Source: Polymyxa betae A26-41
Lineage: Eukaryota > Protista > Endomyxa: Phytomyxea
NCBI GenBank assembly: GCA_003693705.1
Contig: RBZT01000176.1
Location: 1,539 to 65,538, forward strand
Reading direction: 5' to 3'
DNA length: 64,000 nt
Shown here: positions 52,465-64,000 of the stretch, piece after piece
Layout: the number at the start of each line of letters is the position of its first letter
Position numbering within the stretch: position 1 is the first letter of the stretch
Notes under the pieces: model-generated
Databases searched by the model: none
The model's input: only the letters and a program-made list of their open reading frames with translations
What the model was told of the DNA's origin: nothing
Program-made: the position numbers and the translations under genes

Positions 52465-52922
52465 ATATTGCTCTTCGATCGGTCTTGCCGAACGCTGGTG
52501 TGAAGCTCAAACCAGCTACTATCGATAATAGCGACCAGCGATGCGACTTACTATGTTCTACTATATTGTAATACTATTACATCTTGATGGATTATTACTG
52601 CTAATGCTCTGTGTTGCTCTTATGTAATGCTAGCTTTCTATGGGACATTTTTTCGTTGTCGCCCCGCTTGCTGTTGCCCTTTAAATCTCCTGCTTTGCAT
52701 TATGTTCAGAAATTAGAGGCTCAAAAGCAATGTACATGGTTGTGATGAGAGGTGTTTCTGAGTACTTCATGAGCAAATTTCTAATATGAAGGCAATCGAA
52801 TATGACGAAGATAATTTATATACAACGTTTTCAGTTGGAGAAAACTTTTAACATTATGAATTTAATTTCAATGAGATTTCACAACCAAACACAGACCGAG
52901 CTGGAACCTAAATACATGCTGG

Positions 52923-53819
52923 CTATTCGTTTGGCTCGAATCTGGTTCCGTATAATTCGAACGTTGCAAAGTCCAGCTGATCTAGCTGGGCCGGCGCCGA
53001 TTGTACGTTCGGTAGATGATACCTCTGCTGACTTCCAGGTCTTGAATACGGCGTTCGTGATTGCCGCATTATTACAGCGCCGCTGTCGAGTTCTTCGACT
53101 GAGTCTCCGACAGCGGTGACGGTCGGTTTTTCATGGCGACGATGTCGGTCTTGCGGCCGTGCCCGACGGCGAACATGAGGCCGGTCAACGCAAGTCACCG
53201 CCTTGCCGGTGTCTCTGCAGCGTTGGCATGGTCGTCGTAGATCACATCCAAGCTTGTTTTTCGCACAATGGACACAGGCGATTTTCGTCTTGTATCTCGG
53301 GTTGGTTGGCATTCGGTCTTGAACGTCCATGTCCACCAATGCTTCTGATGAAGACGATGGTTTGACTGACGGCGCCATCTCTTGTTTGATATTTGTCAAT
53401 GGCGGCAAACTTGCAGGTAGATGAGCATGCAGGTCGATTTCAGAAAAATCGCCATCTTGCATACGAATAACGTGGTCAAATATTGATCCCGAACTCATAT
53501 CTTGGCTGCTAATATCATATGCATCATGAAAGCTGATTGGCTGATGTTGTAAGGTATGGTCAGGATGAACAGGTTGCCTTTCTGAATCGTATTGCAAATA
53601 CATTGATCCGGGTTCTAGTCCCATGCTGGTCCCTGCTGTTGGTGTCTGATCCAGAGCCCAAACAGGGTGTACATGACGTTTATATTCTTTAACTAACTCG
53701 TCAGCCCTTTCTGCGCTCTCGGTTGCCGTTGGTTGATGACCGGCCGAGCGGTAATATGCTGAGCCGAGCATCATAGAGCTTTCTGAATCGAGGCTATGTT
53801 CAGAATCGGAGCCTGGCAT
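52923..53819 (-). CDS. Zn(II)2Cys6 binuclear cluster transcription factor
   Basis: ACVHCAKNKLGCDLRRPCQRCRDTGKAVTC followed by a basic segment. Confidence 0.87.
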   Translation of the reverse strand: MPGSDSEHSLDSESSMMLGSAYYRSAGHQPTATESAERADELVKEYKRHVHPVWALDQTPTAGTSMGLEPGSMYLQYDSERQPVHPDHTLQHQPISFHDAYDISSQDMSSGSIFDHVIRMQDGDFSEIDLHAHLPASLPPLTNIKQEMAPSVKPSSSSEALVDMDVQDRMPTNPRYKTKIACVHCAKNKLGCDLRRPCQRCRDTGKAVTCVDRPHVRRRARPQDRHRRHEKPTVTAVGDSVEELDSGAVIMRQSRTPYSRPGSQQRYHLPNVQSAPAQLDQLDFATFELYGTRFEPNE

Positions 53820-54528
53820 TACGATTTATTTTACTTTGCCGAAAGCAAGTAATCCTCCGATCGGTCCGCATCAATCTGCTTCACATCTGAATCAGAACGG
53901 ACCATGGAAATTCCACAAATTCCTTCTCTATATTCATTGAGCATCGGCCATTCATATTAGAAATCGATCGATATTCATTGTTCCAAATGCATTCAAAACG
54001 CCAACAGCGGATCCGCTTCTGCAGAATCCTTCATTGCTGGGTTTAGTTTCAATATCGTGCTTCAAGCTTTTGCAAATACATCATTCGTGCAGAAGCCACT
54101 TTTATGCGCCGCTGCTCGAAACATGCGATAAACTTTAATAGCATTTTGGTGTTTAAAATTTAATTATCATCTTGGATTTCTAATGACCGTAAAATCGATG
54201 CCCTATTTCAAGTTCGAAGTTGGATATCAACTCGCTAAAATTTCCGTTCACCTGGCGCTGCAATGTGAAACTTGACTTGTTTTTTCAAACTTTGATGACC
54301 ATGCGCCTTGCAAACATTATAAATTCTTTCTTCGCGCTTGCACCTGCTCTGGATACCGTTCTCTCCTAAAAAGCGAAGTGTAGATGCGTAACAGCTGTAT
54401 TGTATGGTCTTAGGTAATATGAGGCTGCAGTATGTAATGATAGCGGGTTGCTCTTAAGCAACGACCTTCGGCTCTCCTTGACCTTGTTACATTGTTAAAG
54501 TCGCCTTGTAGTTAGGCGTCTATCAATC

Positions 54529-55659
54529 ATGTCGCAGACACGTTTGAATGTCTTCCCATCGCGCATGGCTCTGCAGACCATGAAAGCGAAACTGGTCGGG
54601 GCTAAACGAGGCCATGAATTGCTTAAGAAGAAATCAGATGCCCTCAAGTCCAAAATCAGGACTATTACAAAGAAAATATACGAGGTCGGTCAGAAGTTCT
54701 GAACTGAACTTCCTTTATAGTTCTTCTTGCAGATGAAGAAGAGCATTGGTGATGAGATGAAGGCGGCAACATTCTCTCATACCGAAGCGACTTGGGCGGC
54801 TGGAGATTTCAAGTTGGTACACTGCCAGGGACCTTTTTTTATGAAAATTTGACACACCTTCAATCACACAGCAATAAGGTGCTCAGTTCTGTTGAGGACG
54901 CCTCCTTCAAAGTACAAGTAAATATAGAGAATGTTGCTGGAGTTAAAATTCCAGCATTTAGCCCGACAATAATCGAGCAAAATGGTAGTTCAAATGATTT
55001 ATGTCCAGTTTGTAATTTACATGACTACTAGAAAATATTGTATCGCTTTCTAAAGGTGGAAGGCAGATATCAAAATGCAAGGAGGCTTTTACCAAAGTGC
55101 TCAATAAACTGGTAATTGTAGCATCGCTGCAGGTAAAATTGTCGGTTCCTTCGCCAGCTTTCCTCATTCTTCTTATAGACGTCTTTGCAACTTATCGATG
55201 GCGCCCTTAAAATTACTAATCGTCGTGTAAACGCTTTGGATTTTGTTGTTATCCCAAAATTAGAAAATACCATCGCTTATATTGTTAGCGAACTTGACGT
55301 AAGCTTCTGTGCAAGTTAATTCGTTAACTGCCTAATCATTTTCTTGTTAGGAGTTGGAACGCGAAGAGTTCTATAGGTGCGTATTCGTTTTCTAGCTTTT
55401 ATCTCATGATGCTGAACTTGGATTTATAGGCTGAAAATGGTTAAAGCTCTAAAAGTTCAAGAACAAGAAACAGCTGATGAGAATAGGAGGAAGTCGAAAA
55501 CTGCTTTAGGTATTTCACTGCGTTTGGATAGACATGTATCGTTCATAATTTGGCTCAGACGACGATACAGCCGTGCTGAATGCCCTCGATGAAATTAGCT
55601 TGGTTGGGCGGGCCCCTGACGATGACATGATACTTTCTAATCTGGCCGATTTCCATTAA
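54529..55659 (+). CDS. ATP6V1D: V-type proton ATPase subunit D
   Basis: RLNVFPSRMALQTMKAKLVGAKRGHELLKKKSDAL, ENVAGVKIP, TNRRVNALDFVVIPKLENT and ELEREEFYRLK. Confidence 0.96.
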
Positions 55660-55958
55660 ACCACTACTGGCACTCTATGAGACTAATTTTCTGTTCCAAA
55701 ATATTGGCACATGATGTGATTGGTCTTATATCTGAACAGACTTGTTTATTGTATGCGATCAGTCTTGAGATGAGTTTGCGTGAAATGCTGCACTGTTCGA
55801 TGACACGATGTCTCTCTTGCTCTAGAAAATGTGTATGTATGCAAGCTTATTGCTGCCACGTGAATCCTTCAGGACCTAGGAAAAGAAATCGTTCTCAAGA
55901 AACAGCTTATATTACCATTTACCTCTTGAGGCTTTTCGAATACGTTGCATAGCCGGCA

Positions 55959-56283
55959 ATGAAACTGAACGGAAGCTACTCATACCGCAGACTTCCTAGC
56001 CTTGCAAACTCTCATGAGCGAGAAATGTATGAACGTGTTGAGTCTGAATATTGATAATTCATCAATGAAGGATCAGACTTGGTCCGGCATCCTATTCTCA
56101 TTAGGCTGCCTAGTCTGGATTGCAGCTGCCTTTATGTCCACCTACTATACATTCAAAACAATTGAATACGCTCTGATTGCCGCCGGAGCTGTGCTGTTGA
56201 TTTTGAGCCTAATCTTGATGTCACGGCTCTGCATGCCGTCTTCACAACTGCAAACTTCATCCACACCATACCCAGCGTCCTAA
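55959..56283 (+). CDS. Small two-TM membrane protein
   Basis: Two hydrophobic segments (GILFSLGCLVWIAAAF; ALIAAGAVLLILSLILM); start uncertain. Confidence 0.45.
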
Positions 56284-56758
56284 CCCAGAACAAAAAATCG
56301 CTCGGAGTGTTGTTTACCTGAACGATTCCACTTAATGTTGTAAAGTAAACTTTAAATTGTTTTGAGACTCGCCAAGAGCTTTTTCGTGTTTACGCTAGAG
56401 AAGGTGTTTTAGTTAATTTTGAGAAAGAGCAAAAGAATTCGTTCTGAAGTCGTTGTGCTTATAAGATAGACCGATCCATGCCGTCGGACATTGAGAAAAA
56501 CAACAAGGACCTTGCATCGTTGAAGCCATTGTTTGATAAGCCTCAGAAAGGGCTCCTCCAGAGTGGAGAAAAACAGATTGTGGATAGTTATAAAGGTGTG
56601 TTTCGAAGTGTTGAATATTGAACGATAAAACTTCCTAGAGTGGCTATCCACATCATCATTGAGGTTTTTCAATCGTGAGACAGTGTGAAAGCAGCAAGGA
56701 GGATGGAGAATCTGCCTTTGATGCTGTTATTGCATTTGTCACGAAACTTCCAACATCC

Positions 56759-57803
56759 ATGCTAAGGTGCGCCGCGGCCATGTCGGAGTGGGACCTGCGG
56801 ACCCCATCACCCATCATCAAGGGCAGCTCTCTCTGTTATTTCCACCATCATGTCCAGCATACGCCTGCTGTCGCTGACCCGAGTCCTGGGTTGTCGTCTA
56901 GCGGTCAGGCCTGCTCCCAGAATGGCATTCCTGTCGACTAACAGGACCAGCAAGGCCAGTGATGTCGACTCGGAATCCCAGCCTGTATTATTTTGCACGT
57001 TTGCTCGGTTTTCGTCTTAACCGGTTATAGGAAAAGGCAGCCGCTGATCAGCCTCCGGCTGCTGAAAATCCCACATCAACTGCTGCTGAACCGTCTACCG
57101 CAGAGCAACAAACGGAATTCGAGACGGCCAGCGCCCCCAGCATTGCTGAGCTTGCCGACCTGATCGCCGAGAAAGACGTAAAACTCGTTGGAGTCACAGA
57201 TAAATATCATCGCGCTCTGGCGGGTTCGTTTCATATCTTCTCACCGCTGCCATTAAGTTTCCTTAGAAATGGAGAATGTTCGAACTAGATCGCGACGTGA
57301 TGTTGAGAACGCCTACAAATATTCGATCCAGGGATTCGCCAAAGACCTTTTAGAGACCGCCGACAACCTGAATCGCGCCCTCGAAAACGTTGATCAGACC
57401 AAGTTTGAGTCGAATCCTGACCTAAAGACACTATTCGAAGGCTTGCAGATGACAGAAACCGGTCTGAGCAAGATTTTCCAAAAATATGGTGTAGAGAAGG
57501 TCGAGATCATGGGATTCTGGATTTTAAATCGTTGACGTTTTCTTGTAGATGGAAGTTGGAGTAGGAGCGCCATTCGACCCGAATTTCCACACTGCCATTT
57601 TCCAGCAGGAATCGGTTGAAGCGACGCCTGGCACCATCGCTACTGTGGTATCAACAGGTTCGCTCTTCTTGTGTTTTTATTCATGCCGCTCTAACTGGAT
57701 CGAAATGATAGGCTACTTGTTCAAGGATCGTGTGTTGCGTCCTGCCGCTGTCGGCACGTTCAAGCAGGCGCCGACGCCGCCATCGCCTCCGAAATCTGAA
57801 TAA
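56759..57803 (+). CDS. MGE1: Mitochondrial GrpE nucleotide exchange factor
   Basis: R/S/L-rich presequence; RALAEMENVRTR, FAKDLLETADNL, FDPNFHTA and GYLFKDRVLRPA. Confidence 0.93.
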
Positions 57804-58065
57804 GTTGCCGGAAATGTTTCCTTTATTAATCGTAACCAAATAAATCTGTTTAGACAATGTGTAAATATAAATCATCGTGCTCTCATCCATTCCACTATTC
57901 TTGATGTAATGCTGTCGAATCAGTGATCTTTTAGCTTACATCACGAAAGGCATTTTCCTCAGCAATGTTATACATTGATATGTTGCGAAAGCAGAAGTCC
58001 CCTGTTCGCAGTGCGAGCTTTAGCCATTCGGGTTTCGGGTTCGTCTTGGACTGCCGTTTATCGCC

Positions 58066-59018
58066 ATGTTCCGATCTGTGTTTCAACGGCAGCTGGGTCG
58101 GCGGCTAATCTGGAGCGGCGCTTCGAATTCGGTCCAACCGATCACTTGGGCACGCCTGGCAGGCTTCGGCCTCGTATCGGCATCGTTGCTGGCGTCGTAC
58201 CAATACATTAAACAGAAGAAAGTCAACCGAAAACGTACAGTCGAACGTATCGATCTGGACCTTGCTGATTCGCTTCAGTATCGGAAAGCAAGACGATTGG
58301 TAAACCGCTTATTGGCGGCCCGTTCCAGCTGGTTAATTCGGAAGGTGCCATTGTCAGATCAGTGGATCTGCATGGTCACTATGCGATCCTGTATTTTGGC
58401 TTCACACATTGCCCCGATCTTTGTCCCACAGAAATGTCCAAAATTACAAAAGCTATCGAGCTCATTGGTATCACAAGTTTAGTCTCGCAAAGCATCGTTG
58501 AGATTGCAACTTAGATGAGGCGCGTTCGAACACCGATCCACAAGTGATTCCAGTGTTTATATCTGTTGATCCACATCGTGATACACCTCGAGTCTTGCAA
58601 GAATATAAGAAAGGTTCGTAAATATTGCTATTGGTATGCAATGAGCTCTTGATGATCTGATAGCATATCATCCACGACTTGTTACTTTAACAGGCTCTAT
58701 TAACGATATCACGAGTGTTGCCAAGAAGTATCGAGTCTATTTCAGTGCTCCCGAAGGTGAAGATGAAGACTACATGGTGGACCATTCCTTATTTGCCTAT
58801 TTGATCGGAACGGATGGATCGGTGAGACGTTATACTAGCCCATCGGCGGTCAGCACTGAAGTTTATAGGTTGTGGAGATATTTGGACGCGACCTAACTGC
58901 TGAACAGCTGGCAGCCAAAGTTGCTGCTTCTATGGTACAAGATCGTTTGACAGAAAAGGAGCGCCAGGTAGAGCTCGTGGCAAGCCCCGGTCCTGATCGA
59001 GTTCAAGCTCACGCGTGA
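58066..59018 (+). CDS. SCO1: Cytochrome c oxidase copper chaperone SCO1
   Basis: IGGPFQL, LYFGFTHCPDLCP, PVFISVDPHRD and DYMVDHSLFAYL. Confidence 0.95.
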
Positions 59019-62000
59019 TGTTTCACATTATCAGAAGTTGCATTACGAAGCTTGAAAGCCGAAACTCATGCACTCTATAATCAGGTCGATAATCGTTAAA
59101 TAATGTGTTTAAAATCTGTCTTATCAGATTCTGTATTTCTTTGATACTGCTTTGGAACGTATAGTACTATTGTCTACTGCTGTTATTCAGACTCATGCCC
59201 TGATTCTGTTAATGACGCTCATGTTTCCAGGTAATAGATCAGCCGCCGTCGTTGCCCCTGAAGAAAGTCAGGCTTAGAAGAAAACAATATAACAACTGTC
59301 GATTTATAGATGAGACCTGTTTATGCTGCTCTCTGATGTCTCTATATACTGAGGATTCGCTATCAGCAAATCGTAATTCATCACTGGGATATTTGTAAGG
59401 AGAAACTGAATTAAATTGAAGCCGTCCTACTGACAATGTCGAAAGAATCGACGAAATTCGACCTTGGTTGCCAGCGTCATTCAGTGCAGAATGAATTTGG
59501 TGTTTGATCTTGAGATAAATTGTCGACCAATAGCACGCAGACGTATTTCATTCCATAACTCAATGTTGCCTGTCTAGGAAGCCATGATGCTGTTAGCTAC
59601 ACCAGCGAGCAGCATTGCTTTCAGACAGGTTTGGCAAGACTGCCAACCGTTTGAGGATTTTCTTCTGATGAACATTTCGCTTCCTCACTTCAACAGACGA
59701 CGGGTGCTCGACCAGCGGGTTGATTTCGCTGATCTATTGCACAATATCACGCCATCTAATCGTGACAGCCTAAATCTTTCGTATATATTGTGCCGCCCAA
59801 GAAAACGTCTGGAAGCTTGGTGTTTGGTGCCCGTTTGACCTCTCTTTCAAAGCGTGTTTGGCCTGAACGAAAGTACCAGATCCCTCATACATGCACAGCT
59901 CGCCTAACCTTGCCGTTCCTCGTGCTGCCTGACGTTTCGCCTTTTCTTAATCATCTGATATTTTAGAGAGGGCTAAAACTGCAGCTTGGCTGAGCAATGA
60001 GCAGGCAAGGAGACAATATATATCTGCCGGGCTGTTTGAGTCCCATCGTTGATCGTTGACGCGATTGACGTCTAATCGTTGCGGTTCCTCTATTTTTTGG
60101 GACATCACTTTAGTGTTTATGGATCTATCAACGATCCAACCACTCTATAGGAGAACTGCAAATCAAAAATTGATATCAAGTCGAAGCAAGCCTGCACCTC
60201 TTCCGGGATATCATCGAAGAAAAAAACCTATCTACGGCCCATATTCCAAGTTTCTGTTTGAACAAGGAGCTGCTTTCAAAGGGCATCCCAGTCCCCTGTA
60301 TTCAAAGGATCATGAGCCACGAGCTAGGCCGCCTAACGTCCTGCGTATCTGTCAGTACCAATTCAAGCGGCTGAACGGTTCATGATGCGGGAGTTTCGAC
60401 TCTCGCAGCGCCGTCATCGTCCTTAACTCGAGGGTGACGTTGTCTCGTGCCGGTCATCATGTCGGGTATCTCCACCAATCTGGTGAACGGAGATCGTCTC
60501 AAAAAAAATGTTCGAGGACGGTTTTTGGCGTTTGAAATTGATCGAGTTTGCAACTCCCAGCAGTCCGAGAAAGGCAATCAAATCAACCATCTCTAGTCCA
60601 GCCTAGTGATAAGGAGATCCAGGAGTTGGATCGCATTGAAGAAGTGCCGCTAGTATTAAGCGATCATCAGCGCTGGACAAGATGTGATGCATGATTCCAA
60701 GAGCGGGTCAATTTTGGCTTTGCTGAACATCATGATAGCGGCCGGTTATCAGCTGTTGCTGTACCTTTGTGAGACAGCTCGATATATTACTTGCAGACAC
60801 TGAAGTTATTGAATTCTCTCACACGAACAATCTCATAAATACCTACATGTCACTGAACCAAACAAAACACGCATACAAAGAGTATCATCAATGGTACAAG
60901 TAATCTCATTTCGTTGAAACGATTGCTGCACATGAAGTGTTCAGAATCGTCGGCCCTCTTCTACATAAGCTGACTTACTACTCTCATAGTAAGGTTACGC
61001 TTACACAATTGGTTTTCAAACTGACTCGATCAAGAGCAAGAAATTCCTGGTGATGATCATCTTCATTAAGCTGCTCAGCTCCGTCCATCGCATTGATCAG
61101 CTTCGACAAGGAGGACACCAAAGAGTCAAAACAGACCCGCAATGTTAGCCATCCCTGTAACCAACAATCAAGAAAGCACTATCGTCATACAAAGCCCTCA
61201 GCATCTACCTTAAAGGCAGGGTAGTCAACTAATTCACGATGTCGCTATCGATTTCCGCCTTGATTCAGTATGGTGAATTTATTATCCAGATAATGCTATC
61301 AACCAAACCCTGATGATTCCATCAACGAGATTGCGCCTTCGGAATCCGAATGAATTCGATCTTTACTACAAGAAGGGCTTGCACTTGATCTGGGTTTAAA
61401 CTGGTAATATCCATCTTTGATTTATGAATATTTAGGATACTGTACATTAGCATTTATCTACTACAACAAACATGTGCAATGAACTCAAAACTCGGAATCT
61501 CAGAATGTTGCGACCATTCGATTTCCAATTGTTAGGTTCATCATTGTGTAAACCTTAGCTTTAGGAAGGCAGAAACATTCATTGATACCCCCCTGCGATT
61601 CTGTCAGCGGGATTCTTCCTTAACTGCAACAATCGGTTAATGATAAGCTCAGTCGAGAGATTGCTACAGACGTAGAGCTCTAAACAGACCTGTTTCAACA
61701 GTTCTGTTTCTGGCGCTTTCGAATCAGTAATGGAGGAATATGATCAAATACAGCGGATGTACCTCATTAGGGATAACAGCTCAAAGAAGAAAGGTTCTGT
61801 GTGCTAACGGTTCGAATTCGTTGGAAAAAGGTCCAACAGCAACACGCGGCTGCTAATGCTGCCCATTCGAGTATCGAGAAAGAATCCATTCCAGCTGAAG
61901 TCTCAAGCTCTAATGTCAGTGTTGAGTTGATTAGTGAGAAAGGCAGGATTACTGACACAGGCCGTTCGACATTCTGCCCTTTCAGCTTTCGATGGTAATG

Positions 62001-63169
62001 TAGTGGATTACCATGGCCATAACGGGTAACTGAGAATCATGGTTTAGGATATCATGGATGCTGTAAGAAAACATCATCATGGACAGAATCGGTAAAGTCA
62101 ATGCTGTGACAAGACTCATAATCAAGTTAAATACTACATTGTCATTATCTACTTCATGTTCATCAAGTTGGGCTCTGGCAAAACAAGATAGATGCCCACT
62201 GTCGCTATTGTATTCAGGATGGCGATTAACGGTTTGGTGGTCACATTCATTCTCTTGTTGTAAGACTAATGTCTTGCTGCTTATTTCAGCAACATTGAAA
62301 TTGAACTTCTGTAGTTGATGGATCTAGGTTTATCACAGCTTGTGGTATCATCTGTTTCTATTGATGCCTATTGTAATCAGACGTTGTATCCCACAAGTTG
62401 AGCAAACACACCTGCACTAATTTGATGCGAAATCGGGTTTTTGAGAGTACTGAAAAAAGAGAGCTCAAAGAAGTGAAGAGAGTGGTCCGAGCATGGCTAA
62501 TAATCGTGTTATCCCATCAATACGATCACGAATGTCGCTCTATCTGCAAAGTAAACAACGCTTCGATATCCAATAGTGACAAACTTCATGAAAGCTTGTT
62601 GAGGTCATTACTAATGACGGATGTCATGAACATCAATGAACGATCCAGATGCACAGCAAGCTGTTGAATACGTGCGGTATATAACATTAGAGAGAGGTTG
62701 ATGAGTGGCGAGGCTGCCCTGACGTTGAGATGAAAGTTCATTTAGACCAATGATGGCGCTGACCAGCCCGATTCTGATTCTGTTGCGTTTGTTGGGCTGA
62801 TCATGGCGTCCGGGTTAGTATTCTGCAATATTCGATAACAGATTCTAATTTAAATGTTGCAGCCAATATGAAGGTATTTCCATTCCAACCAGACTTAATG
62901 TGAAGAAATGCCTGGTGTTCAAAGACTACGGTAGAATACAAATATAGAAATATAGTATAGAGGACAGATATGTGCTAAACTGCTTTATTACAAAATATTG
63001 CAAAACAGAATTCTGTGTCTGAACGGTGCTGTTGAGCAGCAAATAGGATTGCGACCATATCAGGATTTTAGGAGGGCGATCAGACTGACATATAGTTTTA
63101 CCATCCGTGAAATTCAACATAAATGGTCCGAAGAGACCGTACGACGGAGACTGGAGCGGGCTCTAGGTA

Positions 63170-63276
63170 TGTAACGTATTCGCCTCGGACTGACATGTGG
63201 ACTGTAACGGCGCTACCCGGTTACCCGTCACGCTGATGTAACGCAGATAGACGGGCCGACCCCTCCCCCCGTTACG
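63170..63276 (+). promoter_or_regulatory. Promoter with four phased GTAACG-type motifs and a TTACCCG site
   Basis: TGTAACG at 63170, 63203 and 63237; CGTTACG at 63270; TTACCCG at 63221; immediately upstream of the ATG at 63289. Confidence 0.5.
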
Positions 63277-63288
63277 TTTCCCTTAATC

Positions 63289-63957
63289 ATGACCATGATC
63301 ATCTCTCTGTTGCTCACTCTGGTCGTGCTGGTGCTGGGGGCCGGCACGGTCCCACCCACAGCTTACCTGATCGCGTGGCACGACATCGATCATGTCAATA
63401 TCGCGGTCTCGTTTCAGCTGGCCGAGGCTCGCGAACTGTACGACCGCCTATCCGGCGCTAAGTTGCTTAAGGTCGCCGACACCGACCAGGCCGTGGGCGA
63501 GTACGGCCCCGGGGACGACCTGCGTCAATGTCGGAATGCGATCAATAATCTGGGCTCGTGGCTGCTAGATCGGGTCGTGCAGGGTGAACATCGAGCGACG
63601 GTCCCTCTTCAGGTCGTAAATCGAGCTGGCAATCACGACTATGTCGTACAGGCCCCCTCGCTGAAGGAATGTAACTATATGGTGGTATGGGATCATGCTG
63701 GACAGGTTCGGGCAATAGGATTCCCGGATCGTGTACTGGCCCAATCGCTGTATAGACATCTGCGAGACTGTACCAAGTGCCTGATGGTGAAGAGAACCGA
63801 TGAACATTCTATTCTGGGTGAATATCTCCCAAATCTACCTGGTGATTTATTCAAGGGAACATCTGATCGTGATATTATTGAAGTTAGTGGGAATCCATCC
63901 GTCATACAGCTATATGCTGCACAAGTTAGAAATCTTTTTCGTAATTATGGACAATAA
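63289..63957 (+). CDS. Intronless secreted protein with an internally duplicated ~55-aa domain (candidate effector)
   Basis: Signal peptide MIISLLLTLVVLVLG; repeats YLIAW...ARELYDRL..AKLL...VGEY.P and YMVVW...AQSLYRHL..TKCL...LGEY.P. Confidence 0.75.
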   Translation: MTMIISLLLTLVVLVLGAGTVPPTAYLIAWHDIDHVNIAVSFQLAEARELYDRLSGAKLLKVADTDQAVGEYGPGDDLRQCRNAINNLGSWLLDRVVQGEHRATVPLQVVNRAGNHDYVVQAPSLKECNYMVVWDHAGQVRAIGFPDRVLAQSLYRHLRDCTKCLMVKRTDEHSILGEYLPNLPGDLFKGTSDRDIIEVSGNPSVIQLYAAQVRNLFRNYGQ

Positions 63958-64000
63958 ATCTTATTTCGTATTCCTGTTTCTGGACATTTTCAGCGTCTTT

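Noticed and set aside
63170-63276. Regularly spaced short repeats as a CRISPR-like array
   Set aside because: The repeat is only 6-7 bp, one copy is inverted, and it sits directly upstream of an ATG; better read as a promoter.

Overview
This is eukaryotic, gene-dense DNA with many short (~45-60 nt) GT-AG introns, so most ORF-track entries are single exons or antisense shadows. The intron style, gene content and TTTTAGGG-like motifs suggest a compact zoosporic protist, probably a plasmodiophorid (Phytomyxea); this is inference. Recognisable genes: S9 (cGEP-type) peptidase, RPB8, PSF3, SAS10/UTP3, RAB11, a FAS1 protein, an ankyrin protein, a Reb1/DMTF1-like Myb, CAF1/CNOT7, two WD40 genes, a GNAT, TAM41, two Zn(II)2Cys6 factors, a long coiled-coil protein, PP2A B'', a long-chain acyl-CoA synthetase, a CatSper delta/epsilon-like subunit, an LRR protein, RAB7, V-ATPase D, GrpE and SCO1. 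The most unusual part is ~19-31 kb. It holds secreted RING effector candidates (one pseudogenised), a TIR element, and a compositionally anomalous island. The island is enriched in a TACTGGCCC motif, has telomere-like G-quadruplex tracts inside introns, and is bordered by an intronless orphan ORF that may be an endogenous viral element. Other notable items are a chromo + TFIIS-N-like + Gag-type zinc-knuckle protein, a ubiquitin-like/acyl-CoA synthetase fusion, a frameshifted bacterial-type Nudix gene, and a promoter with 33-bp-phased GTAACG motifs. Gene boundaries were spliced by eye and are approximate where stated.
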